64,000 bases of DNA from Malacoraja senta (GCA_038087875.1 JAXLNO010002266.1:1-64000); one strand, 5' to 3'; positions 12,120 through 25,112 are shown, counted from the first letter of the stretch. Notes: generated from the sequence alone by a model not told the origin. A program made the numbers and translations.

Positions 12120-12462
12120 TGTAAAATTGTCCCCAGTGTGTATGGAATGGATGACAGTGGGATTACATAGAACTAGTGTGAACGGGTGATTGACAATCGG
12201 TGTGGACTCGATGGGCCGGTTTCCAAGCTGTATAACTAAACTAAACTAAACTAACACGCATTTCTAATCTGAATTATTTCCTGGTTCTATCTAGGACATC
12301 TCTGCACCTCAGGAAATATCCTGGAATGTTCTTTGAAGTGAAGAATGCTGTACCTGTGTAATGCAAACTGTTGTTTGTACTGAACATGAAGTTCAGTACA
12401 AAAAATTGAACAAGTTGAACAAGTTTAAAATTTAACACAGACAATAGTACTGCAGTCATTTT

Positions 12463-12468
12463 TTTAAT
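12463..12468 (-). terminator. Probable IL20RA polyadenylation signal (ATTAAA), giving a 3'UTR of about 1.0 kb
   Basis: First AATAAA/ATTAAA hexamer I could find downstream of the stop. It has upstream TGTA motifs and a downstream GT/T-rich tract on the minus strand. Confidence 0.45.
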
Positions 12469-13475
12469 AAATGAATTTGCAAATGAATCAAATACAAAGC
12501 TTATAAAATATAACACCTCTGAAATATTCTGCACATACAAAAATATTTTTCAACAGCTTTTCAAAAAAACTTTGGTTACTGACAGTGTCCAATTATGTAT
12601 AATATTGATCTATCTGGATATTAAAATGTATAATCAATTTTCAAGTTTGAAAACTAGAAACCATGATATCCACCATAATGTTTTCCAGTGGAGGTGTAGA
12701 GAACCCCGACCCAAAATGTCGTCTATCCATTCCCTCCACAGATGCTGCCTGACCTGCTGAGCTACTCCAGCACTTTGTGTTTTGCGCAAGATTCCAGCAT
12801 CTGCAGTTCTGGGTGACTCCATTTAGGTGAGGCAAAGACAGTTTGCTCCACATTACCAATAATGTTTCTGAATTATTTAAAATAAAACATATTAGATCGA
12901 CAAGTTATTTTTTCAGTGACATTTTCAATTAACGATAAATTGTGTTGCGGATGTGTGTGCTGCATTGAGTTAGATGGACACTGCCCAAACCTTAATACTG
13001 AATAAAGATCTCACAAGTTCATCCCAATAATTTAACCAGGATTGGAATATAATCCCAACAGATGAAACAATAATATACCAAGCCATTGTATCTTGTACTG
13101 GCCTATTTCCTATTTCAGAAGTAATTCACCGATCTCCTTGTATAGGCTCTTCATTTTCCTTTGAGCTCCACGACTTCTCTGTGCCAAAGTGTTTCTTCCA
13201 CTGCTCTGTTTTGGGCTTTGCCTGATATTACCAAGGTTATCTTTCTCTTGCTTTGGTGATGATTCAGTATCTGTGTACCAAAGTCAAAGTTCCCCTTTTG
13301 ACAGTATATCAAGGAGAATGGTAACGGCTGTCCAAATTTCGATCACGTTTAGATTTTATGCCAAAGTGACATAAAATAGTGAATGATCTACACCAACTGA
13401 ACAAAATGGAAGTGCAGAATGGTGGCATATTTTGCACAAAATACACATGGCTCTTGCAGACAGAGACCACGATTG

Positions 13476-14528
13476 CTATATTTGTAAACGCAGCCCCCAA
13501 TGTTCTTGGAAGTTTGATAAATAGGCTTCTTCCTCAGTTTTTAAAGATTCATCTGGAAACGCCTTTGTACATACAGAGGATAGAAGATCTTGCTGCGGTT
13601 CTATAGTCTGTGACAAGGAGTCACGATCCTCTGAATCTCTCCTAATGCACAATGCAGATAAGCTCAGTCTACCACTACTGAGGTCCCAGTCTAAATCTGC
13701 CTCCTCCATCTCTTCATATAGTTTTTCATTCAGCATCTTGCTATCTAATACAAGAGGATAACAATCAACACCATCCATTGGAGGCTTTCCGGCGATTTGA
13801 AACTGCGATGTATAGTTACTTTGTTCTTGTTGCAGTGGCATTTTTGGCAGATACGCTCTCTCACGCTGACCATCATTGCTCCCTGTCGTCATCGCATTTG
13901 AATCATTCGTAACAGATTGCGACAAGTAACTTGTCAGCAGCGGATCATCGGTCTTTCCGTCTGGTGAGAGACGTGGTCGTTCATTTTGTGGGTTCAGACG
14001 TGTCTCTACTGCGAGAAGGCCATAGTCAGGACGATACTGTGCTCCTTCAACGTTCAGAGGCCCTGACAGCAGTTGCGATCTGTATCCCAATTGCAGTGGT
14101 TTTCTGCAATTCCCATTTGGTAGCTGGACGCTTTGCAATTGCTGAGGGCGGCTGATGTTCTCTGTTGCAACGTCGCCATGTTGAATTCCCTTCAACTCAT
14201 CATTTCCAGTTGAGTGACCATTTTGTTTGGACTGATCAGCCACCGGAATACCGCTCTCGCTATACACACGGTTTTCTGTTGCTGGATTTTCTACAATTTG
14301 AGATTTGTACACATTTCTTTGATTTTCTATTGTCAGGGGAATGGCTTTCCATTCAGTAGCAGACATGTTGCAAACCTGGGATGTTAAAGGGATTTTGCAA
14401 TCATCAGCATCTTTACAGTCATATGATGATGCTTCCCTGTTCCCCTTCTCCAGAACCATAACATTAATGGTCAGTGATTCAGGTGAACAAATCAAGAATG
14501 TCTTATTTGATGGGCAATCCTTTTGCAG
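13476..14528 (-). CDS. IL20RA: IL20RA exon 7 (350-aa cytoplasmic domain ending EEEAYLSNFQEHWGLRLQI)
   Basis: Strong polypyrimidine plus CAG acceptor, in frame with the 339-aa track ORF. The DWD..SGRL and YL..F.E.WGL..Q C-terminal motifs are characteristic of IL20RA. Spliced CDS is 1887 nt = 628 aa plus stop. Confidence 0.93.
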   Translation of the reverse strand: MQKDCPSNKTFLICSPESLTINVMVLEKGNREASSYDCKDADDCKIPLTSQVCNMSATEWKAIPLTIENQRNVYKSQIVENPATENRVYSESGIPVADQSKQNGHSTGNDELKGIQHGDVATENISRPQQLQSVQLPNGNCRKPLQLGYRSQLLSGPLNVEGAQYRPDYGLLAVETRLNPQNERPRLSPDGKTDDPLLTSYLSQSVTNDSNAMTTGSNDGQRERAYLPKMPLQQEQSNYTSQFQIAGKPPMDGVDCYPLVLDSKMLNEKLYEEMEEADLDWDLSSGRLSLSALCIRRDSEDRDSLSQTIEPQQDLLSSVCTKAFPDESLKTEEEAYLSNFQEHWGLRLQI

Positions 14529-15301
14529 CTGAAAAGAAAAGGAAAGATAAAGTTAAGGGCTTGAAGTTTAGCTTCAAACAAACCATTTAATGTTCAATCA
14601 TTTATATTTTACTATCATTCACATACACATGTTCAGCTGGCACAATCTATTTGTCTTTGGTGCCTTTGCACATAATCTTGGTTCACCTTGGTACCAGATG
14701 AGAAATTAAGGTACCCGCTCCCCACAGTTTTCCACAGATGAGGATTTTTATGGGAAATTAGGTATTTTGTACTTGAACTTCCAATGTGTCCTATAAGCTA
14801 TTAAGGGTTTTAAGTTAAGATTCTTAAGAGGAAAATCTAGAGCAACAGCTTTTAAAGATGTATTCAAGAAAAGGCCTAAAATATTGTTTCATATTCCTTT
14901 AAAGGCAACTGTGTTCTGATGGGAAGGGGATTTTGATCTGAAAGAATTTCTTTTTTTTCTGAATTTCCTAAAATAGTTTCCCTTTCTATAGATGCTGTCT
15001 GATCTGTTCAGACCTTTTCTATTTTCATCTCTGATTTGTTTGATTTTCATTTATTGTGTCAGGTTCAAACTAGTACAGGGATCCTTCCCTATTTAGTTTG
15101 ATTGAGGAGAATGACCACGAGGTACTATGGTAAACACAAAGGTAGACAAAAAGCTGGAGATACTCAGAGGGTATGGCAGCATCTATGGAGCGAAGGAATG
15201 GGTGATGTTTTGGGTCGAGACACTTCTTCAGACCTTGTCTACATTTGATTTTTCCAGCATTTACAGTTCTTTCTTAAACATGGTAAACACAAGGCAAGTT
15301 A

Positions 15302-15528
15302 AGGACCTGTCCCACTTTCACGACCTAATTCACGACCTTTTTTACTCGTGGACATTTTTCATCATGCTAGAAAAACGCCTCGACCTACTTGATGCCACGA
15401 GTACCTATGACTAGCATCACGGCCTGCTACGATCTACCTACGACCTCGTGACGACCATGCTGCAAGTACGAGTCAAGGGCAAACTCAGCAGAGGTCGTGA
15501 ATTAGGTCGTGAAAGTGGGACAGGCCCT
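15302..15528. mobile_element. PIF/Harbinger-like MITE
   Basis: TIR of about 37 bp (AGGACCTGTCCCACTTTCACGACCTAATTCACGACCT) and a TTA TSD on both sides. Confidence 0.8.
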
Positions 15529-16139
15529 TTAGTTTTTGTTTTAATTGCAGTAGAGCTTTAAAGTGTTTTAAGTTGCAATTCTTTCTCATTATTTTGGAAT
15601 CAATCACATGGCTTTTGAATGCTTATAAATGTTTTTTTGACAGTTGTTCAAATGTCAGGTCATCCTCCTTCATTCTTTTTACCAACAGTTCACACTGGTA
15701 CTGTTTCCCCTCACCCATAGTTACAGTATATAGCTATATCACCCATTTAGCTCTTGGGGCTAATGGAATCAAGGGATTTGGGGGGAAAGCAGGAACAGGG
15801 TACTGATTCTGGTCGATCAGCCATGATCATATTGAATGGTGGTGCTGGATCGAAGAGCAGAATGACCTACCCCTGCACCTATTTTTTATGTTTCTATGTC
15901 TATGTTTCTATAATTCGTGCTGTGGATTCTACTACTTTCCTTTAAATTCCAACAACCAGCCTCCTTCCCCAGAACAAACTTCATTCCAATTTGGAGAAAT
16001 TAAAAGAAAGTGAACAGTGCATGAATTGGCTGTGATTCATAGAGTCGTGCAGCATCAAATCGGGCCTTTTGGCCAGACTCGTTCATGCCAACCAAGATGC
16101 CCATTTAAGATCATCCCATTTACCACCTTTTCATTTGTT

Positions 16140-16570
16140 CAGAAAAATTCAGAAGCTCTATTCCTTGGAACACAGGAAGATGAGGATTGATCTTAGAGAG
16201 GTGTACAAAATCATGAGAGGAATAGATCAGGTATATGTACAAAGTCTCTTGCACAGAATAGGGGAATCGAGAACCAGAATACATAGGTTTAAGATGAAGG
16301 GGGAAAAGATTTAAAAGGAACCCGAGGGTGTAACTTTTTCACACATAGGGTGGTGGATGCTATAGAATGAGCAGCCGCAGGAGGTAGTTGAGGCAGAGAC
16401 TATCGCAACATTTAAGAAACATTTAGACAGGTACATGGATAGAATAGGTCTAGAGGGATATGGGCCAAACACAGGCAGGTGGGACTAGTGTAGCTGGGAC
16501 ATGTTGGTTGGTGCGGGAAAGTTGGGCTGAAAGGCCCATTTCCATGCTGTATGACTCCATGACTCTAAGC
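16140..16570 (+). mobile_element. CR1 3' fragment in IL20RA intron 6
   Basis: LYSLEHRKMR.DL.EVYKIMRGID plus a CR1 tail. Confidence 0.8.
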
Positions 16571-19201
16571 TGATATGGAGAAAAGACATATATTTCTGTT
16601 TTTTGCTCTCCACTGTGATCTTTCTTAGTTGGAGGACCATATGATTAAGCTAGCAGGTGCATCTCAAACTGCCCATGCTAGTTATTGAACATGACCCAAC
16701 ACCACCATTGCACTGGAGATAGGAGATTGCAGATGTTGGAATCTTGAGCAAAAAACAAAGTGCTGGTGGAACTCTGCAGGTCAGGCAGCATCTGTGGTGG
16801 GAATGGACAGATGATGTTTTGTGCCAAGACTCATCCTCATGCATCACTGACCTCCTCCAGTACTTTAATTTTTGCTCTAGATTCCAACAGCTGCAGTCAC
16901 TTCTGCTCCATTCTGCTGCCACACTGCGAAGTCTCAACAACGTATGCCTGTTTGAAGAAATTCTCCGGTCCGAAGAGGATTCTAAGGGACAGACCTCTAA
17001 GTGGCAGTGACCTAACCTCTAGAATTCTAACCCTGCTACTATTTTCCCATTGGGTTGTAGAGGTCATGGGTTTTGTAGGTGCTGTCAGAATAGCTTCGGT
17101 GAGTAGCTGCTGTTCATCTTGTGAGACGGCAAACAGTGCAGCCACAGGATACCAGTGGTGGAGGATGGAGGTTTAGGATGGGGGACGGGATGTTAAATAA
17201 GGCAGCCACTTTGTCCAGGATGATATTGAACTTCTTGAGTGTAGTTGCAGCAGCACTCATTGGTGCAAGTGGTAAGCATTCTAAAATCCTCCCGACTTGG
17301 AGGAGGACCTGGCGAGCTGCCGTGAAGATGCCGCCGGCCATGTGCGGCGGCAGACCTGGCTTGCCTTTGCGAAGGAAGACCCAGTGGGGCTACTCCCTGC
17401 TGAGGGGGGGTGAGGGGGGTGGAGGGGGGGAGGGAGGGGGAGGGGGAGGGTGGGAGGGGGGGAGGCTGCCGAGCTCAGCCCTGAAGACAGGAGTGTCAAG
17501 GATGGGAGGAGCCGCTGGTGACGACGGACATGAGTAGTGGGCCAGTAGATGAGGGATGGAGGTATTGCCTCTAATGCCTTCAGGGCCGATCGCAGGAGGC
17601 GCCCCCGGGATACAGAGGCGGTCGGGCAGGGAGACTGTCGTTCGTTCGCAGACTGAGATCAATGGAGAAGGCCCTGCAGCGGCCTGTATCCTACCCTGAT
17701 TGGGAACCACTCCAATACGTAGAGCACGTGGACTGGACTTTGGACTTTTGCATGTGGTGCCAAAATATGGCAACTCGTGTATGTGTGAGTTGGGCAAAAA
17801 GAATTTCACCGTGCAGTGCGTATGACAATAAAAACGATTGCAACATTGTGGATGTTTGAAAGATGTTGGGTGTCAGAAAATGAGTCCAACCTTTGACCTG
17901 CTCCTGTAACCACTCTATTTATGTGTGAGGCGCATGTGACCTCCAGGGATGTTAACATTGGAGGCTCAATGATGAGCACACCATTGAACATCAAGGGGAG
18001 AAGGTTAAACTCTTAAACGTTCTCTTGTTGGAGATGATCGTTGCCTGGTGTGTATGTGCGCATGTTCCTGGCCACATATCAGCCCGTATGTGAAAGCTAT
18101 CTTGCTCTTGGAAGACCTCATTTACTCGACAACTGTGAATGGGAATGGCCATTGTGCGATCGTCAGTGAATATCACCACTTATTAAGGGAGGTTATTGAA
18201 GGAAGCAACTGAAAATAGCAGCAGAATGTCTCGGTGCCTCGTCTGGGAGGTGGGGTGCTTCTTTGCTGCTTTCATTTGGGCTTTTGCCCACTGCCGGTGA
18301 AAAGATTCTAAGGTTCTCAGCTCCTTTCCAAATGCTCTTTCTCCATTTTCGAATAGTCAAGGACCAGGGATTCACAAGAGATGGTGAGGAACACAGCACT
18401 TTAAGTAAGGTCTCAAAGCTCAATATAATTGCAGCAAGACTTTCTTACTCTTGTATTCTCACTTAGAATAAAGCACAACATACTACCCATCTTCCAATTT
18501 ATTTGCCACACCTGTTGATTTCCTGAACTTCCTGCACCACCACATCCAGTATTATGTCTCTGCATGCCAATGTTTACTAGTTCCTCATCATTTAATAATT
18601 TTTGCCATTGAAGATGAGTAACGTAACCTATGGCCCCATAGCAGAAGCGTCCACGTCGCGGGGCTGGAAACTGGAAGTATCTCAAGCTAATTCTGCTACC
18701 ACCATCATCTATTGCAACAAGTGATGGCTCCCACTGATTGTCGCCGGAAGCTTGCGACCTTTTCAGGACGGACGATGACAGCGATGTCAGCATTTGAAAC
18801 ATGGAAGATGGACACGAAAGAAGAATCTAACCTGCATTATTCTCTAAATCCGCTTTCTTATCCTTTTCCCCCTCACTTATATCACACTACACAAACGTTT
18901 TCCACCTGTCATGGAAAAAAATCTCCAGATGAGTCCAATTCTAGTTTACCCATTACATTATATATTGTTGTTCCACATTACTTTGTCCAAAACTGTTATT
19001 CTTAAGTGAATAACATATTACCTTCCTCTGTTTGAAGAGCAAATATTTGCACTATTGTCCATGCTGTTGAATCTACTATGAACAAGTTATTTGTATATTC
19101 CCTGCTGCACTGGTTTAAAATAGGCTTCCTTTAGTAAGGTTCACAACAGTTCCATCGCAGGAAACAATAGTAATAAAAATAACCTGTCAGAAATTCCTTA
19201 C

Positions 19202-19341
19202 CAGATTTATAGGTTGCTTCTGATCTCTGGCATTCACGTATTTGTACATAAAACAGCATGCCAAAGCAAAGATAAAAATAAAAAGGAGGACTGGCAGGAC
19301 ACATCCAAACAGAATCATTTTAACCATTTGTTTTGCTGGAT
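19202..19341 (-). CDS. IL20RA: IL20RA exon 6 (TM helix ILFGCVLPVLLFIFIFALACCFMY plus Box1-like KQPINL)
   Basis: CAG/GTAAG boundaries, 140 nt, phase 1->0. Hydrophobic helix with the VLP motif, then YKY...P.NL as in IL20RA. Confidence 0.94.
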
Positions 19342-19494
19342 CTGTCAAATAAAGAGGAATAGGTAATGAAAAATGTACAACTACACTTGTAAAAACTATA
19401 AAAGTTCAGTATAAATCGAGTGAAAGTAAATTTATGATTTAGAAATAATGACATTGTATCAGAAGTGGAAGAATACGAAATAAAACAATTGGAT

Positions 19495-19977
19495 TCAAAA
19501 AATTCAAAACCGTCCGCGACTAAAAATAGGTTGCCGTTTAAAAAATCTTGTGATTTTTTAGTCGAAGGCGGTTGCGATGCTAGTTGAAGGTGGTTGCCGG
19601 AGGTTGCAGGTGGTTGCCGGAGGTTGCAGGTGGTTGCCGGAGGTTGCAGGTGGTTGCCGGAGGTTGCAGGTGGTTGCCGGAGGTTGCAGGTAGTGGAAGG
19701 AAAGACCTTCCACTACCTGCAACCTCTGTCAACCACCTTCAACTAGCATCGCAACCGGCTTCGACTAAGAAATTACCGATTTTTTAAACGACAACCTATA
19801 TTTAGTCGTGGCCAGTTTTGAATTTTTTTAAATAATCGCCGGAACATAGAAGAAGCGGGAACCACTTTCGACCATTAGGGAGACTGACAAAAACCTCCGG
19901 GAACCGCACGGAAACCTTGGGTGGAGCGCAAAGTCTCCAGAGGTTTCCATTCAGGTTTCCTAAGTGGGACAGGGGCA
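19495..19977. mobile_element. Rearranged Harbinger-like MITE with an internal fold-back and a 20-bp minisatellite
   Basis: Right end AAGTGGGACAGGGGCA|TAA. The left half is the reverse complement of its own internal sequence. Repeat (GGTGGTTGCCGGAGGTTGCA) x5. Confidence 0.72.
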
Positions 19978-20759
19978 TAAGTCTGCAAGCCTGAGGTGTC
20001 TCATCAGAAGACGAGTTGCAGTTCCTCTACTTGCATTGACTTTCACTAGAACAAAGTGAAAAGATAACAGGCAGAGTAGCCTCAGCAGTAGTGATATAAA
20101 GAATTGACGTTTCAGGTGAGAATTTAAATAACAGTTGACTGGAAACTTAGAGCCGTGTGTGTGAACTGATTGAGGAGTTCCATAAAGCAACAATTAGAGT
20201 AGAAAGGAACTGTGGATGCGGGTATATACTAAAGACAGACGCAAAGTTCTGGAGTAATTCAGTGGGTCAGGCAACATCCCTGGAGAAAATAATGGGTGGC
20301 GTTTCAGGTTGGACCCTTCTTCAGAAGCAGACGGAGTCAATGGAGCCTGGTCTATGTGATGGACTGAACTACTATCACTGAAGAAGGGTCCCGACCAGAA
20401 ATGCCACCCATCCATGTTCTCCAGAAATGCTGCGTGACTCCAGCAATGTGTCTATAAGCAGTCATTTGATCTATTTCTTGTGATTCTAGTGCAGTAAAGA
20501 TCACACCTTGAGCATTGAACATAGAAATTTTGTTTTCGTCTGTTTTTTATTTTTAGTGTGTGTTAAAAGTTTGTGTAAATGTTCTCCGGTTTGTTTTATT
20601 GCGAGCTTCTGCTTTTGCCCGAGGGGAGCAGAAAGGGGAAGGAATGGCTGGGATGGGACAAGCTCTCGGCTGCTTTTCTGAGACAGAGTGAAGTGCAGAT
20701 GGAGACAATGGTGGGGAGCCTGGTCCGTGTGATGGACTCGGCTACATCCACAACTCTGT

Positions 20760-21210
20760 CAATATATGATGAACGTTTGACGGCACTGGGCCTGTGCTCG
20801 CTGGAGTTTAGAACGATGAGGGGGGAACTTCATTGAAACTGACCGAATAGTGAAAGGCCTAGATAGGGTGAATGTGGGGAGGATGTTTCCACTAGTGGGA
20901 GAGTCTAGGACCAGAGGCCATTGCCTCAGAATAAAAAGACGTACCTTTAGAACGGAGATGAGGAGGGATTTCTTTAGTCAGAGGGTGGTGAATATGTGGA
21001 ATTCATTGCCACAGATGGCTGTGGAAGCCAAGTCAATGGATATTTTTAAGATGGAGATTGACAGATCCTTGATTAGTAAGGGTGTCAGGGGTTATGGGGC
21101 AAAGGCAGAAGAATGGGGTTGAGAGGGAAAGATAGATCAGCCATGATTGAATGGCGGAGTAGACTTGATGAGCCGAATGGCCTAATTCTGTTCATAGAAC
21201 TTATGAACTC
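20760..21210 (+). mobile_element. CR1 3' fragment in intron 5
   Basis: YDERL.ALGL.SLEFR and FFSQRVVNMWNSLP. Confidence 0.8.
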
Positions 21211-21427
21211 TCTGCAGAATACAGAATGATTTAATGTATAGGCCAAATAATTCCCTTCAAAGAAATATGTAAAAAGGAAACAGTGAAAGCAGCAAAGATA
21301 GATAATTAGAAGAGCTAATGGGATGGCTGGGCATAATGGTCTGCACTGTGATTTTCATGAATGCTGCATATGTTTAATATGTAATATTACATTTTTTAAT
21401 AGTTTCTCATTAAAATGGAATTCTCAC

Positions 21428-21572
21428 CTTTTGGTGTTGTTGTGCATTGAATTTCAGAAGGGTCACTTCTTCTCAAAGAGGAATGTTCCACTGACCAAAC
21501 AGTCACACAGTAAGTGGTGTCATGTTCCAATGTGTACACCTTTTTAAAATCACCATTTTCCAGGTAAATGCA
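21428..21572 (-). CDS. IL20RA: IL20RA exon 5 (CIYLENGDFKKVYTLEHDTTYCVTVWSVEHSSLRRSDPSEIQCTTTPK)
   Basis: TAG/GTGAG boundaries, 145 nt, phase 0->1. Has the LE..T.YCV.V...PSE.QC..T D2 signature. Confidence 0.93.
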
Positions 21573-22379
21573 CTAAAAGCATCAAATGTATAATCATTAT
21601 TTTCTTTAAGTAAATATTTCTTACAGGAATTTGATTCTTCAGATTTGGCATTGAAACAACGTAGTATAGATTAACTCAGATTTAAACCTTGTGTACAGAT
21701 CCTCCCCAGTTGACAAACACCTGTACATATGAACAAATGATTGGGAGAGAGTCGGGATGGATTTGCCAGCTGCTGCAGGCAAATTCCCCCATGTGGGAAC
21801 TCGGTCCACAGCTGCGTTTCTCCCTTGCAAACTGTTCGTGTTATATCACAGTGCTCAGGATTGGAACCATAAGACAGGAGCAGAATCAGGCCATTCGGTC
21901 CATCCAGTCCACTCTGACATTTAATCACGAATGATCTATTTTTCCTTTCCAACCCCATTCTCCTGCCTAACCTTTGACGCCCTTCCTAGTCAATCTCCGC
22001 TTTAAAAATACCCAATGGCTTGACCTCCACAGCCGTGTGTGGCAATGAATTCCAGATTCACCACCCTCTGGCTAAAGAAATTCTTCCTCATCTCCTTTTA
22101 TTCTGAGGCTGAACCCTGCTGTAACCCTTTTCTTATACGTAAATGCAAGAAAGAGTACTTGTGAAGACCTCAGTGCATGAACTCTGTGTATGACCTATGC
22201 TGGACTATTATGATTGTACATTATTATCAACATCTACTAGTGAATGAGTGAAACAAAATGACTGCTGTACATAGTTAGCACATTGCCAATGTCAACTGAG
22301 TTTAACATCGCCTTTATCAATATTCAGATCCATTGTAAAATGCCATTAGGTTAATATACAAAATAAAACTTTCTCTTAC

Positions 22380-22552
22380 CGATTTATTGATATTTCTGTC
22401 GGTGACAAGGATTTCAAATTTTAATTCATGAAACATTTTAGTCAGTGAAATAGATTGATGTAGATTGTACTGCCATTTTTTGGGAGGTGTCAAAATGATT
22501 GTGATGGAACAGACCCCAGCTTCCAGTTTTACTTTTGGGGAAGTGAAGATCG
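22380..22552 (-). CDS. IL20RA: IL20RA exon 4 (FNIII D2 N-half: TIFTSPKVKLEAGVCSITIILTPPKKWQ...TDRNINKS)
   Basis: CAG/GTAAG boundaries, 173 nt, phase 1->0. Aligns by eye with the IL20RA motif P.V.L....SI...LT.P.KW. Confidence 0.92.
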
Positions 22553-22738
22553 CTGAAAGATAAGCAAGTATTAAAATCAAAGTGCACAACATTTGCCATT
22601 TCAATCATAACTCAGTAACAGGTACTCAAAATAAGAACCGAAGATAAGTATGCCATTAATAGTCCCGTTGATTTATTTTCTTGAGAAACAGATTTTTAGA
22701 GTTAAGTCTGTGTTTTTACTCTTAGAACTGGACGTTAA

Positions 22739-23036
22739 AGGGCGGCATGGTGGCGCAGCGACAGAGTCTTGCCTTACAGCACCAGGGACCTGCATTCCTG
22801 ACTACGGATGCTGTCTATATGGAGTTTGAACTTTCTCCCCGTGATCTGCGTGGGTTTTCTCCGGGTGCTCCGGTTTCCTCCCAGACTCCAAAGCTGTACA
22901 GGTTTGTAGGTTAATTGGCTTTGGTAAAGAAAAGATACATTGTCCCTAGTGTCTAGGATAGTGTTAAGTGTGTGCAGGGATCGCCAGTCAGCATGGACTC
23001 ATTGGGCCAAAGGGCCTGTTTCCAAACCAAACTAAA
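22739..23036 (+). mobile_element. V-SINE (HE1-like)
   Basis: Same head, core and tail. Further copies at about 225-425(-), 4441-4695, 5480-5643(-), 7370-7667, 26833-27110, 34040-34290(-), 35050-35355(-), 46090-46392, 47597-47710(-), 50390-50526(-), 51535-51720 and 63273-63475. Confidence 0.8.
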
Positions 23037-23469
23037 CAATTAATTTTTCAAGAAATTGTCAGAGAAATTAACCATTATGTATAGATCTAGCTTTATTCTC
23101 CCTATTTTCTGTTCACTGCTTTACTGTATTTAAAGAAAGTAAAACTACATTTAAAGCAAGCAAAAAGATATGATGATAGTTAAACTCCGTCATCATGCCA
23201 AATTCATAATTGGGATTAATGTAGGAATGGAGAGGATGTGCAGTTGATGATAACTGTTTCCAAGGGCTCGTTTCCCTGCTCATGACTCAACGATTCTTCC
23301 ATAAATAAATTATTTCAAAAGAAATAAAGATTAAAAGTAATGGAAAAGTTTGCTGAGCCAGCAAAGTCCTCTTAAAGAAGAGAATGTGCTTCCTTGCCAA
23401 AGACTCACATTTAGTGTACAAGCAATAATGCTGAGTTTTCCTTTGTTTCCACGCTGTATCACACTGAGT

Positions 23470-23695
23470 TTTCCTCGGAGTGATACAGTGTGGAAACAGG
23501 TCCTTCGACCCAACTTGCCCACAGCGGCCAACATGTCCCAGTTACACCAGTCCCACCTGCCCGCATTTGGTCCATATCCCTCCAAACCTGTCCTATCCAT
23601 ATACCCGTCTGTTTCTTAACTGTTAGGATAGTCCCTGCCTCAACTACCTCCTCTGGCAGCTTGTTCCATACACACACCACCCTTTGTGTGAAATA
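23470..23695 (-). mobile_element. CR1 3' fragment
   Basis: VWNKLPEEVVEAGT. Confidence 0.75.
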
Positions 23696-25112
23696 GTTGT
23701 TGTTGCTTTGATGTTCTTAACATTAAGAACTGTATCTCCAGATTCAGGGACAGCTTCTTCCCAGCTGTTATCAGGCAATTGAACCAGCCTACCAACTTCT
23801 AGAGAGCAGACCTAAGCTATTACTGTATGTACTTTATTGGAGATACACGGACTATGTTTGATTGGACTTTATCTTGCACTAAACATTATTCACGTTATTC
23901 CCTTTATCATGTGTCTGTAAGCTGCGGATGGCTCGATGATAATCATGTATTTCCACTGACTGGTTTGCGCACAACAAAAGCTTTACAATGTACCTCGGTA
24001 CATGTGACAATAAACTAAACATTACCTACTAAAACAGTAAAATGAGAACGATTGAGAAATCTATTCTTTGTTTGTTTGCACTAAATGGGCAATAAAGAAT
24101 AGCATGGGATGCTCAACGTCAAAAATTTGAATCTACTGACATTAATCGAAATGAATTTCTCACAAATAGTACACAGTGAACCTCTTACTCCATGTGCAGA
24201 TTCTGTGTAATTGTCAGAGGGTAAAATAATAGTAAAATAATAATTAAATCCTTTGAAGTTTTGAAGGAATTTAACACGAACTCATATTATCCGTGTGTCT
24301 GCCTTTAATAAATTATTACTTCTAACACATAACGATTAATAGTGCACATGTAGAAACTATTAGATGAATAAACATGCAACTTGTGTGATGATGTTGACGA
24401 GAGTGTAAGAGGCTTCTAGAGTGGCATGGGTCACGTGCAGGCAGATGAGATTAGTTTATCTTGGCAGACATTGTGGACTGAAGGAGCTGTTCTCATGCTG
24501 TACTTCTCTATGTTCTTGGAGGAAAGAAAGTGTCAGGACAGGAGAAGTCACTGCATTTTGTTTGATATTTTGAAACCAAAGTAGCATTTACTCCATCACT
24601 GGCATCTATGTGAGTTTATCAAGTGTAAAGTATTGCTCATTAAATCAAGCTTAAAATGAAACATTTCAATGCTTTTCAGAATTAAATATAATGGATTTAT
24701 CAAGATTTACTTTGGTCATAATAGCATGGAAGGTGGCGTGTAGCACATATGCCATTCAATTAAGGCAACCATGCTTTAGACATGTCTGATATTTCTACAG
24801 AGGACTATCATTGATATTGGTCGCGCATTTACTGTGGGCTATTCAGTCACAACCAAATCAGCAAAAACCGGCATCAGTAATCAAATAACACTCTCTATAT
24901 TACACAAGGAAATACCTCTTAAAATCACTATGAATAACTTTGTTTGAATTGCATTGGAACATTAAAGATAAAGAACAAGATATGGTATTGAATCATAAGG
25001 CGGGGATAATTTAAAAGTCGATACAAATGATATACAAAGCTGTTTTTGTGTAATTCATGTCAATTTTCCATGAGTTGCATTCAGCTGGGGAGATACAAAG
25101 TATTGTACTTAC

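Larger units (their letters stand above)
7950..12297 (+). repeat. Tandem segmental duplication, copy B
   Basis: Same order of CR1, SINE, DNA element and SINE as copy A. Differs by a deletion of about 2.4 kb, a replaced segment and an L2 insertion. Confidence 0.92.

Noticed and set aside
19588-19692. Regular 20-bp repeat array (CRISPR-like at a glance)
   Set aside because: No spacers, eukaryotic context; it is a minisatellite inside a MITE.
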